Shown: in pieces, positions 9,309-17,241 of the stretch
Position numbering within the stretch: position 1 is the first letter of the stretch
Layout of the letters: each line of letters starts with the position of its first letter
IMG/VR virus record: IMGVR_UViG_3300037115_000242
Length of the DNA: 24,078 nt
Direction: 5' to 3' (one strand)
Source of the DNA: an uncultured virus (IMG/VR IMGVR_UViG_3300037115_000242)
Lineage: Duplodnaviria > Heunggongvirae > Uroviricota > Caudoviricetes
The notes under the pieces: model-generated
The model's database searches: none
What the model was told of the DNA's origin: nothing
The model's input: only the letters and a program-made list of their open reading frames with translations
Program-made: the position numbers and the translations under genes

Positions 9309-9637
9309 TAACGAACGACCTCGAAGACGTGACCGACGAGCCGATACTGAGTGTCCGGTTCGAGATCGCCACCGATGTTTCCGGTCACCGTGTAGCGGAC
9401 ATCCGGGGCGTCTTCATCTTCACCCATGATGGAGATCGATCCGCCTTCACCGGCTTGCGCGGTTCCACCGATTCCGGTGATGGCGACACCACTGGGTCCT
9501 ACTGAGGAGATGCCGTCGTCACCCGAGATGGCAATGCCGTAGACGCCCGCCTGAGCGAGTCCACCGTCACCGGCAATGGCAACCCCGTTGTCACCGGCAA
9601 TGGATTCTTCTCCGTAGCCGCTCAGTTCACGAGCCAC
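9308..9637 (-). CDS. Gly-rich octapeptide-repeat protein (phage-type x-A-x-A-G-x-x-G repeats)
   Basis: Seven 8-aa repeats and C-terminal GNIGGDLEPDTQYRL; start reassigned to GTG 9637 by TAGTG overlap with the upstream stop. Confidence 0.7.
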   Translation of the reverse strand: MARELSGYGEESIAGDNGVAIAGDGGLAQAGVYGIAISGDDGISSVGPSGVAITGIGGTAQAGEGGSISIMGEDEDAPDVRYTVTGNIGGDLEPDTQYRLVGHVFEVVR

Positions 9638-10560
9638 TACCGGCGCTCCGCGATGCTCATGGAAACAGCCCACAGGTTGTCCCCGTAGTTCGGGTGCCGC
9701 GTAATCACTTCGCACACTAAGTCCTTTTCGTCTTCACTAAGAGTACCGAATGGTGCAAAGAGTGATTCGCTGTCGAGCAATCCGCGCTGGAACATCTCCG
9801 CGCACTTCACCGCGCCACCGCGCTCTTTGACGTCGGTGCGGAGTGTCGTCGCTTGGCGCTTCGGGATGGTCGCACCGAGTGGTCGTGGTGCAGGTCCGGC
9901 CACCGCGTCCCACGCCATCTGGCGAGCGGCAATGGGGTCCTTCTCCACGGTCTTCATGGTGAATGACGCCACCGAGTCTTCGTCGAACTCATCAAGGTTG
10001 ACCTCAACGACTTCGTTGGCTCCGACCGCTTCGACCCGACGCAACACGTGGTCGTTGCCACCGTTGTGGTTGTACTCGGTCGCGTCGCCGGTCGTCGTGA
10101 ACGACGTCTCCATCACTCGACGATGGAAACCATGCGAGGGTGGGTACTTCGTCGTCTTCTCTCGAATATCGGCAGCGATGGCATCTTCCTCGATTGGGGT
10201 GAGGAGTCGACCAAGACGGTTCATCTCGCTCGCGCACGTGTCGTGGTACTCACGCAGTGCCCCGTCGTCGCGGTGATTCGAGCGACCCTTCATCGCGGCA
10301 ATGGCGGCGAACTTGCAGGCGGAGTTGATCGAGGCTTCGTTGACCACTCGGTCAGGGTTCTTCACCACGCTGGAGAACGTGAGCAATGCCTCTTGCATAA
10401 TGTCGTCCGCGTCCGCGCCGACGTACTTGCGAGCGTAGGTCTTCGACCATTTCCTGGCCCATGCCACGGTCGTTTCGAGTTCACCACCGTCGGGACGTCG
10501 GTTCTCCGCGTACTGTCCACCGGCCTTCGGTGTTCCCTTGGGTACTCGTGGTTGGCTCAT
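9637..10560 (-). CDS. Sigma-70-family-like protein (regions 2 and 3-like) with N-terminal GGQY tag
   Basis: Start reassigned to ATG 10560 (SD GAAGGGA); ARKY-VGADADDIMQEALL resembles region 2.1-2.2 and RLGRLLTPIEEDAIA resembles region 3 LGRxPTxEE; no clear region 4 HTH. Confidence 0.55.
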   Translation of the reverse strand: MSQPRVPKGTPKAGGQYAENRRPDGGELETTVAWARKWSKTYARKYVGADADDIMQEALLTFSSVVKNPDRVVNEASINSACKFAAIAAMKGRSNHRDDGALREYHDTCASEMNRLGRLLTPIEEDAIAADIREKTTKYPPSHGFHRRVMETSFTTTGDATEYNHNGGNDHVLRRVEAVGANEVVEVNLDEFDEDSVASFTMKTVEKDPIAARQMAWDAVAGPAPRPLGATIPKRQATTLRTDVKERGGAVKCAEMFQRGLLDSESLFAPFGTLSEDEKDLVCEVITRHPNYGDNLWAVSMSIAERR

Positions 10561-10586
10561 GTAATTCCCTTCGGTTCTTCCTTCTA

Positions 10587-10596
10587 TTATGGGTGC
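10587..10596 (-). promoter_or_regulatory. GCACCCATAA motif, copy 2
   Basis: Exact 10-mer, intergenic, 26 nt upstream of ATG 10560. Confidence 0.6.
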
Positions 10597-10642
10597 GAAA
10601 TGTGACATCTTGTGGGATTCCGTTATCCCTCAAGGAGATGGC

Positions 10643-11192
10643 CTACGGAGTGGCCCTTGGGATGCTGTAGCCGTTCTCGGTGGCCCAGTCGAAGAAGTAA
10701 TCGACCTCCTGCGCCCGAAGATCGGCGAGACCTTTGATGTCAGCAGGATCGTTCAAATTGAAGTACAGATCGACGACTTCGGATACCTCTTCACGCTGAG
10801 TGTCCTCGCTGATGTCGTCGTCGTACAGAGCCTCGTCGAGAATTTCGTTGCGGATGGACTGACTGAAACTGTCTTGATTTTGATTCGCGTCCGCCAACTT
10901 TTTCTGGAGGGCTTCGATCATCATAGATTTCTGAAAGTCGATATCTTGATAACGACTTGACAACTTCTCGTAGTGCTTGGCGTGATCCAAGGGAGTCAAC
11001 GTGCCATTCTCGTCCGCTTGACGGTGGGCACGGATGAGTTCATCAATCGAATTCGACGTCTCCATGATCAAATCCTCACGATCAGCAAGCGTCGTGGGCT
11101 CAAAGTCATTGTCGAGATCGCTACCGTCAGGTCTGCGTCCTTCTGAGAACTGTCCGCCGACGGGGGGTGCCCTTCGGTTGTCGATTCGTCAT
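10643..11192 (-). pseudogene. Acidic protein with N-terminal GGQF tag, frameshifted in a C6 run (true lesion or sequencing error)
   Basis: SD GAAGGAG + ATG 11192 reads MTNRQPKGTP; removing one C from the run at 11162-11167 continues VGGQFSEGRRPDGSDLD... in frame into ORF 10643..11071. Confidence 0.75.
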
Positions 11193-11217
11193 CTTCGCTC
11201 CTTCGTCTCACCCTTAG

Positions 11218-11227
11218 TTATGGGTGC
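11218..11227 (-). promoter_or_regulatory. GCACCCATAA motif, copy 3
   Basis: Exact 10-mer, intergenic, 25 nt upstream of ATG 11192. Confidence 0.6.
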
Positions 11228-11235
11228 AACAACGT

Positions 11236-13395
11236 TTAGTCGCGAAACATAGCCTTTCGCACCTGGCGATGCCGGGGGTCGTCCGCGTTCTGCCAACTGT
11301 CATCGTGAATCCACGTGAGGTGCGTGGTGTGTCGAGAAGCCATGACACAGAGACGTCCGAGCGACTGCGCGTGCTCGCTGTTGTCCTCGCCCATCATGGG
11401 ATCGAGCGCCACTACCGACGTCCACTCGCCACCCTGGAGGCGGTCGGCAGTACCGATGCGCACCGGATAGTCGTGAAGCATGGCGGTGAGAATGGTGGCT
11501 TGCGAGTTCCGTGAGACGATGGCCGCGACAGTGCCGCAGTCCGTCAGTGCTCGCGCTCGATGCGCCATGACAGTGAGCGCGTTGATATCGTCGGCGGTCT
11601 CCACTCTCGGTACTTCGATGGCTTCGACTTCACGTACCGGCTGTCCATCGACCGTCACCAGTTCGCGCTCAAGGCACGCACTCTCGAACTTGAAGTCGTA
11701 GAGCGGAGCCACCACACCGGCTGACACCGGACCGAGGCGATACGTCGTAGAGAGGGCGAACCGCGCTACGTCTTTCGTGAACATCATCGACGGAGCCGGA
11801 AGGAAAGGACCATGCCCCGTCTTCCAGAATGACGTGTCAACGGTGATGACTGGTCCAATCTGTCCGGGGTCGCCCACCATGAGCAACTGAGGGATGCCAC
11901 TGCGAGCGCGAATCACCGCCGCGTAGGTCGCTTGGTACGCCTCATCGACGATCATCAAGTCGTAGGACTCACTGTCCTTGGCGATGCGAGCACCCGCGAG
12001 CGTGCGAACGACGACGACAGGATCGACACCCTTGATGTCCTCCGCGTCGCGACCGCTGTTGCTCATCATCAGGCATACGCGGTCACCGATGACTGCGTAG
12101 ATGCGGTCGTAGAGCGAAAGTACCTGTGCGCGAGTGAACGCGCAGACGAGAATCTGCATATCGGTTCGCGTGGTGAGTTGCTCCACGACGTCAACAATCA
12201 GACTCGTGTTGTGGGTGACCATCAAACCATTGCCGCAGAGGAACAGGTGGTTGGGAGAGTCGACTTGAATGCACTGAGTCGGAACCGAGGCAACTGGCGT
12301 GACCGTGAGATAGCGATTATTTGTTCGCGTTCCATTGCAGGTCGACATTGCTTTTCTCGGGAGTCGAGCGGCCCCTTCTAGATAAAAGGTCACTCGATAC
12401 TTTGGTCCACAATCGCGACCATTGAGTGTGGCGCGTCCTTCGGAGAGCGATGCCTTCACGCCAAGACTCCGGGCGAGAAACTGAACGCCTTGAGCGAGAT
12501 TCAGTTTTGTCGACATGAATTCGATCATGCCGTGTCGTTCTCCAGCAACGTGTCCATCGGTGTCAATGAGACCTTGCAGAAGCGCAAGGCGCTGTTCTTT
12601 CGATGCTCGAAAATAGGCGTCAGGAATGTGCTTGTTGTTCAACAGCCCAGCAACGCGAAGTTGCTTTTGTAAGCCAAGTATCCCAATGGTGATTGGGTCC
12701 TTGCGCTCGGTCGTGACATAACCGGCTTCCTCAATGAACTGGCGCATCCACTTCTGGTCTTCGACCGATGATGTGATTGCACCACATGATGCAGTGCCAT
12801 CGCCAAGCCAAGCGCCTAAGACGTACGGGTCAATAGGAAGTTCTGCGTGTGGTAGTTCCAGTGGCTTTGCGAGGTTCAATCGCGGTCTCTTGCTTCGTGG
12901 AGTCTCTGCCAAACAACGAGTGGTGTGATTATGAACTCCACTGCCAATCCCGCGAAGTATTGGTCCAGTCTTTCCGGGGTAGTGAGGTATCGCTTGTTTT
13001 GCGACTTTCTTAGGATTCTCCAACATGACGGGCCAGAGGTGGTCGGCATCAGCGATGACACTCTCCCCATCGTCGGTTGAGACCTCAAAACAGTCATGAT
13101 CGTAGAAAATTTCTGACTTGAACGTCACGGTGCAGGGGTTCCCTTGCTCGTCGATGAGTTGGTCGCCGATCTGGACATCGCCCATTGTCGTCCAACCAGT
13201 TGGCGTGGGGAGTGGTGTATCAAGAGCCAGTGCTTTACCTGCCCCCGGAGGACTGTCCACCACCACGTCGTGACCGCGCCAGATTCTCTCTAGCGTCTTG
13301 GCGAGAACGGAGCCAACCTCTAGGGGCTTGTGGAGAGGGGTGTCAGCATAGATTGTCGCAACGCTATTGCCGGTGGTGTCCTTCTTTATGAGCAT
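11236..13395 (-). CDS. Superfamily 1 (Upf1/DNA2-like) helicase containing an intein
   Basis: SPPGAGK|T Walker A split by the intein; IVDEAYQ, VGDPGQIGP, TYRL, TADRLQGGE and RLCVMASRH motifs. Confidence 0.9.
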   Translation of the reverse strand: MLIKKDTTGNSVATIYADTPLHKPLEVGSVLAKTLERIWRGHDVVVDSPPGAGKALALDTPLPTPTGWTTMGDVQIGDQLIDEQGNPCTVTFKSEIFYDHDCFEVSTDDGESVIADADHLWPVMLENPKKVAKQAIPHYPGKTGPILRGIGSGVHNHTTRCLAETPRSKRPRLNLAKPLELPHAELPIDPYVLGAWLGDGTASCGAITSSVEDQKWMRQFIEEAGYVTTERKDPITIGILGLQKQLRVAGLLNNKHIPDAYFRASKEQRLALLQGLIDTDGHVAGERHGMIEFMSTKLNLAQGVQFLARSLGVKASLSEGRATLNGRDCGPKYRVTFYLEGAARLPRKAMSTCNGTRTNNRYLTVTPVASVPTQCIQVDSPNHLFLCGNGLMVTHNTSLIVDVVEQLTTRTDMQILVCAFTRAQVLSLYDRIYAVIGDRVCLMMSNSGRDAEDIKGVDPVVVVRTLAGARIAKDSESYDLMIVDEAYQATYAAVIRARSGIPQLLMVGDPGQIGPVITVDTSFWKTGHGPFLPAPSMMFTKDVARFALSTTYRLGPVSAGVVAPLYDFKFESACLERELVTVDGQPVREVEAIEVPRVETADDINALTVMAHRARALTDCGTVAAIVSRNSQATILTAMLHDYPVRIGTADRLQGGEWTSVVALDPMMGEDNSEHAQSLGRLCVMASRHTTHLTWIHDDSWQNADDPRHRQVRKAMFRD
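12208..13233 (-). mobile_element. Class 3 intein (342 aa) with LAGLIDADG homing endonuclease
   Basis: Starts ALALDTPLPTPTGW, block B DADHLW, LAGLIDADG helices LGAWLGDG and LQGLIDTDG, block F TQCIQV, ends THN before Thr+1. Confidence 0.92.
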
Positions 13396-13431
13396 TGCAG
13401 GGCTTTCTAGTGGTGACTTGTTACCAACTTA

Positions 13432-13665
13432 CTAACCCCATGTATCGCCATTCGCCACAGGCTCTACGCCGAAAATCAGGGATGTGATACCGAGTCCGGC
13501 AGTAAGGATGATGAGAAAGAACAATGCCGTGGGCTCGATGATGTGGAAGGGGTGACTCACGTTGAAATTAGTGAGCACCGACCCGATCATGAGTAACGAC
13601 AGTGCGCTGTAGAGAAACAGGACCGAAACAAATAGCCACCAGTACCTCGTGAGTCGACTCATCAT
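13432..13665 (-). CDS. Small two-TM membrane protein
   Basis: 77 aa, two hydrophobic helices; ATGA overlap with the VWA gene. Confidence 0.7.
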   Translation of the reverse strand: MMSRLTRYWWLFVSVLFLYSALSLLMIGSVLTNFNVSHPFHIIEPTALFFLIILTAGLGITSLIFGVEPVANGDTWG

Positions 13666-14963
13666 TTCTCATCCTTCACGTGGACAACCTTCGCCCACTC
13701 CGGTGTTGGGTAGTAGTCACTTGCTTCGTCAATGAGGCACACGACAACGGGCACTCGCGGTCGCTCAGTGGGCCACGGGGTGTAGCCGTCCGTCATGACC
13801 ACGATCACCGAGGGCTTGTGCTTCATCGCGGACTCGATGCCTACGCCCATGTCCGTGCCGCCGTTACCTGCTCGATTGGTCAAGTCATCGTTGCGACGAA
13901 ATTTCACCGTCGCTCCCACAACCGTGTCCACGTCGAGGATAACCAATTGCTGATCGCGAACCCCGAGTTGCTTGGCAATACCGATGATCTCGTTAGTCGC
14001 CGCGAGGAACATCTCCGTGTTGACCGATCCTGACGTGTCGCGAACCACGGCCACCGTGGGGATCGGCGTGTGCAGTCCTGGCATGGCTACTCCGTTGAAG
14101 ACGGGGATGCGTCGGTTGCGACGACGGTACGTTGACTCGTGGTCACCCGCCCGACTCGCAATGGATTGGCGCACGAATCCTGCCAGCACTCGACGCCACG
14201 AGACGACGGGTGGAGCAAGAATAATTTCAGCGGTCTTGAGTAGTCCACCGGGAACGGTGCCGGGGTGCTTATCGGCGAAGGCGCGAATCTCACCAGCGGT
14301 TGCGATCTGTTTGAGTTCGCGCTCGATATCGCTAACACCGGGGTCGCCCGTGTCGTCTTCCTCAGCGGGTGAAGGGTTGCCGCTCGCCGAACCACAACCC
14401 TCGTCGTCATCGTCCTCATCGGAGTCACCACCGCCATCACTGCCGCCGTCGGTGCCATCCCCATCACCGGGGTCTCCTGGTTGCTTCTGCGACTTCGGAG
14501 GCGGTGGCTGGTTCTTGAGTATTGCGTAGTACGTCTCGGCCAGTTCGTGGCGCTCGGCTCCGAACTGCTCGGCCAGAACTCCGTACTCACCGAGAGCGAC
14601 GCATCCGGCTTCCACCAAGTCGTCGTTGTTCGCGGCGTCTGCCGCCCGATTCCAGAGTTTGCGAGCGGCCCTCGTCGTCGGCACAGCGGCTTCGTTGGCC
14701 CGAGCGAAGTCGTTGCTGAACAAGTGACCGCACTCGTGTAGGAGAGCCTCGGAACTGAGTCGATTGCTGAACTCTTCTTGCACGTAATCGAAGTTGATGT
14801 AGAGCCGATACTTGTCGTCGCACGCGAACGTCTTCGTCTCATTGGAGTTGAATGGTCGCAACGCGAACAGGATGTGCGACATGTACGGCATGATTTCGAG
14901 TGCCCCGACGACCCATCCACTGAGGAGAGCCATCTGCTCCTTGTTGGGCTTGGTCGCGGACAT
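13662..14963 (-). CDS. DUF2201-type putative metallopeptidase with C-terminal VWA-like domain
   Basis: HECGH (HExxH), acidic Gly/Asp linker, MIDAS-like DTSGS, GGTDM, MTDGYTPWP. Confidence 0.88.
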   Translation of the reverse strand: MSATKPNKEQMALLSGWVVGALEIMPYMSHILFALRPFNSNETKTFACDDKYRLYINFDYVQEEFSNRLSSEALLHECGHLFSNDFARANEAAVPTTRAARKLWNRAADAANNDDLVEAGCVALGEYGVLAEQFGAERHELAETYYAILKNQPPPPKSQKQPGDPGDGDGTDGGSDGGGDSDEDDDDEGCGSASGNPSPAEEDDTGDPGVSDIERELKQIATAGEIRAFADKHPGTVPGGLLKTAEIILAPPVVSWRRVLAGFVRQSIASRAGDHESTYRRRNRRIPVFNGVAMPGLHTPIPTVAVVRDTSGSVNTEMFLAATNEIIGIAKQLGVRDQQLVILDVDTVVGATVKFRRNDDLTNRAGNGGTDMGVGIESAMKHKPSVIVVMTDGYTPWPTERPRVPVVVCLIDEASDYYPTPEWAKVVHVKDEK

Positions 14964-15346
14964 TACTGCACGTCCTTCAAGGACTCTGATTTTGCGATCT
15001 TCCAGTTTCGAACGGTTGTCGATGAGACACCAGCCACCCTCGATAGGTGGTTGTTGCTCATGCTCTCGTTCCCAACTGTTGCTTCGATGATGGAGCGAAT
15101 GGAGTTATCGCACGCGATGCGGATTGAGGCGAGGTGTTCCAGCACGAGAAGCGCGTAGATATCGACGAGGTCGAGTCCAACCAGTGCTTCGGCCTTCACC
15201 ATCTTTTCGATTTCGGCACTCGCGCCATGACGCACGTAGTTCGCGCATTGGGTAACGTGCTCTCCGAACTCGCCTTGGTTTAAGAGACGAGACGGCGACA
15301 AAGAACCCTCTTGTGGACCTGAACTGTTGCCAGCACGTTGGGTCAC
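14963..15346 (-). CDS. Small protein with C-terminal helix-turn-helix
   Basis: MSNNHLSRVAGVSSTTVRNWK HTH pattern; start reassigned to GTG 15346 (GTGA overlap); TAATG coupling to the VWA gene. Confidence 0.65.
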   Translation of the reverse strand: MTQRAGNSSGPQEGSLSPSRLLNQGEFGEHVTQCANYVRHGASAEIEKMVKAEALVGLDLVDIYALLVLEHLASIRIACDNSIRSIIEATVGNESMSNNHLSRVAGVSSTTVRNWKIAKSESLKDVQ

Positions 15347-15921
15347 AACGGGCACTCGTTGGCGGCGTCTTGCATAGCGGTGAAGACCTCTTGACGCCAC
15401 GCATCGAACTTCTCTTCGTCGGTGAGGTCGGTCTTTTCGGTGTCGTCCTCATCCTCGTCATCACTGTCGTCGAACTCACTGAGTGAGTCGAGTGCATCAC
15501 GAAGCGCCGATGCCCAGTCGGAGCACTCATCTGCGTGGTCGGTCATTTCCTCGCTCTGTGAAGTGGGGTGGCCGAAGCCGTCCTCAATGGAACTAGCGCC
15601 CTCGCTGTACTGCTCGCCGACCTCTTCGACCGCATCGGCGGCTTCTTCCATGACGGCCTGAGCATCATCCAGAGTGAAGGTCTCACCCTGACTGCCCTCA
15701 ATCCAATCCTCAACGGCTTCCTGTGCGCTGTAGAGCGACGAGAGTTTGTCGTTGCTGGCGATCTGCGATGCGCGAAACGGACCACACTCGATGTGACGAA
15801 CCACGCGAGGACTACGGAATGCCGCCGCCCAGTAGTAGCCCTGACCAACGTCAATGGACTCGTGGCAGGAGATGCACGTACCGGCGACCTTCTGTGCTTT
15901 GTTGACGGTGTTCACTCGCAT
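15343..15921 (-). CDS. Phage-like protein with N-terminal CxxC...HxxC zinc finger and acidic helical C-terminus
   Basis: CISC...HIEC; very D/E-rich remainder; SD AAGGAG. Confidence 0.75.
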   Translation of the reverse strand: MRVNTVNKAQKVAGTCISCHESIDVGQGYYWAAAFRSPRVVRHIECGPFRASQIASNDKLSSLYSAQEAVEDWIEGSQGETFTLDDAQAVMEEAADAVEEVGEQYSEGASSIEDGFGHPTSQSEEMTDHADECSDWASALRDALDSLSEFDDSDDEDEDDTEKTDLTDEEKFDAWRQEVFTAMQDAANECPL

Positions 15922-15980
15922 GTCGTGCTCCTTCGATCTACGAGTTATCTAGCCCCAATATCGAGCCATCGCTCCAGGGC

Positions 15981-16193
15981 TCAGGTGTCTAGGCCAGCCA
16001 TCCAGACGGTATATGCCTCACCAACCCATCCGGTGTCGAGTTCAGCGTCGATCTTTTCGATGATCGCTTCGATGTGAGGTTTGGTGACGTCGTTGACCGG
16101 ATAGATGTCGCCGTTGTTGACGGAGAGAAGAACGTCGATGACTCGTCGTAGATCGTCCTCATCCAGAACCGGGACCTCGTGCGTTAGACCCAT
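15981..16193 (-). CDS. Small acidic hypothetical protein
   Basis: 70 aa, overlaps the upstream stop; GGAG SD. Confidence 0.6.
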   Translation of the reverse strand: MGLTHEVPVLDEDDLRRVIDVLLSVNNGDIYPVNDVTKPHIEAIIEKIDAELDTGWVGEAYTVWMAGLDT

Positions 16194-16702
16194 TCTCCGG
16201 CCTTACCGATGAGGACTCCGTGTATTCCCTCAGTGACAGTTGCGTCGTTCAGGATTATCAGTTCGGTGATGGAGTTGGTCGCGTCTTTCTCCAAACTCGT
16301 CGGCATAGGTCCGACTTGCGCGAAGCCAATACTCGTGACGTCATCGAAGAAGAACGAGAGGTAGTACGCGGGCACCGAGAATCCAAGTTCGGTGTACGGA
16401 TACATTTGCTCATTGGTGTTGATGGTGGTCTCTCGTTCAGGAGCATCAATAGGCGCGGGGAAGACATGGTCGATCACTTCGCGCAAAATGATGTCAGTCA
16501 GATCGCCAAACTGCGTCAGTGACGCGAGTAGTTCTGGCGTCGCGACCAAATCGAAGCACTCTCTCGCCGACATAATTCTCTTGCGCAACTGAATCGTCGC
16601 GTCAGTGAAGACCTGCTGTTGAGCGTCGAACATCGCACGAATGGATGCCGCGTCAACAGCGCTCGGGTACATGGTGAAAACGTTGGGGATATTCGCGGTC
16701 AT
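16184..16702 (-). CDS. Hypothetical protein
   Basis: 172-aa ORF, ATGA-coupled to the upstream gene. Confidence 0.65.
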   Translation of the reverse strand: MTANIPNVFTMYPSAVDAASIRAMFDAQQQVFTDATIQLRKRIMSARECFDLVATPELLASLTQFGDLTDIILREVIDHVFPAPIDAPERETTINTNEQMYPYTELGFSVPAYYLSFFFDDVTSIGFAQVGPMPTSLEKDATNSITELIILNDATVTEGIHGVLIGKAGEWV

Positions 16703-17241
16703 GAGATTTTTGTTGCTACCTCAAATAAATACGCGTCGAAGTGGCGACCCACAGGAATGCTGGTCGTAGTGCTCGCCGCCACGACCCACACTTGACCAGT
16801 GGTAGCCCGGTAGGTGACTTCGTTCTGTGCCACCACACCGTGCTGATCCACCAACGACTTCGGCTTTGTGGTGAACGCTCCGAGGATGAGGGAGTTCTTG
16901 CCGACGTGGTAGTCGCAGAGAACCTCGCCATTGCTGTTCACACTCAGTGCGTCGTTGATCGAGGTCACTGTGACCGAAAACTGTCTGTCAACCACTGCCA
17001 CTGCTCCAAAGAGGGTCGAGCATTCCGTGGCGAGTTCCGTATCGTACGTGGCCTTCTCGGACGCGATGAGCGCATTCTTCTCCGAGTTAGTGCCGTTGTT
17101 GACCCCGAGCGAGTACGAGAGAGTAAATGCCGCTACCACACCGAGGACGATTAGTCCTTTGGTGGCTTTCGTTAGTGGTGGCTTCGCCTGTCGGTCCGAC
17201 GCGATGGTGGGATTCGTTTTGCGAAAGTAGTTACGCGGCAT
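16699..17241 (-). CDS. Membrane-anchored exported hypothetical protein
   Basis: Basic N-terminus, single TM helix, Cys pair; overlaps the AAA gene stop. Confidence 0.65.
   Translation of the reverse strand: MPRNYFRKTNPTIASDRQAKPPLTKATKGLIVLGVVAAFTLSYSLGVNNGTNSEKNALIASEKATYDTELATECSTLFGAVAVVDRQFSVTVTSINDALSVNSNGEVLCDYHVGKNSLILGAFTTKPKSLVDQHGVVAQNEVTYRATTGQVWVVAASTTTSIPVGRHFDAYLFEVATKIS

Noticed and set aside
9638..9715. Track start at 9715 for the Gly-repeat ORF (and similarly 10608 and 15400 for others)
   Set aside because: Long overlaps with upstream genes or motifs; stop/start coupling or SD supports 9637, 10560 and 15346
13420..13440. Possible third copy of the GGGGCTAGA-N6-GTAGA motif upstream of the helicase (GGGGTTAGT-N6-GTAAC)
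   Set aside because: Four mismatches of 14 and overlaps a stop codon; too weak to claim
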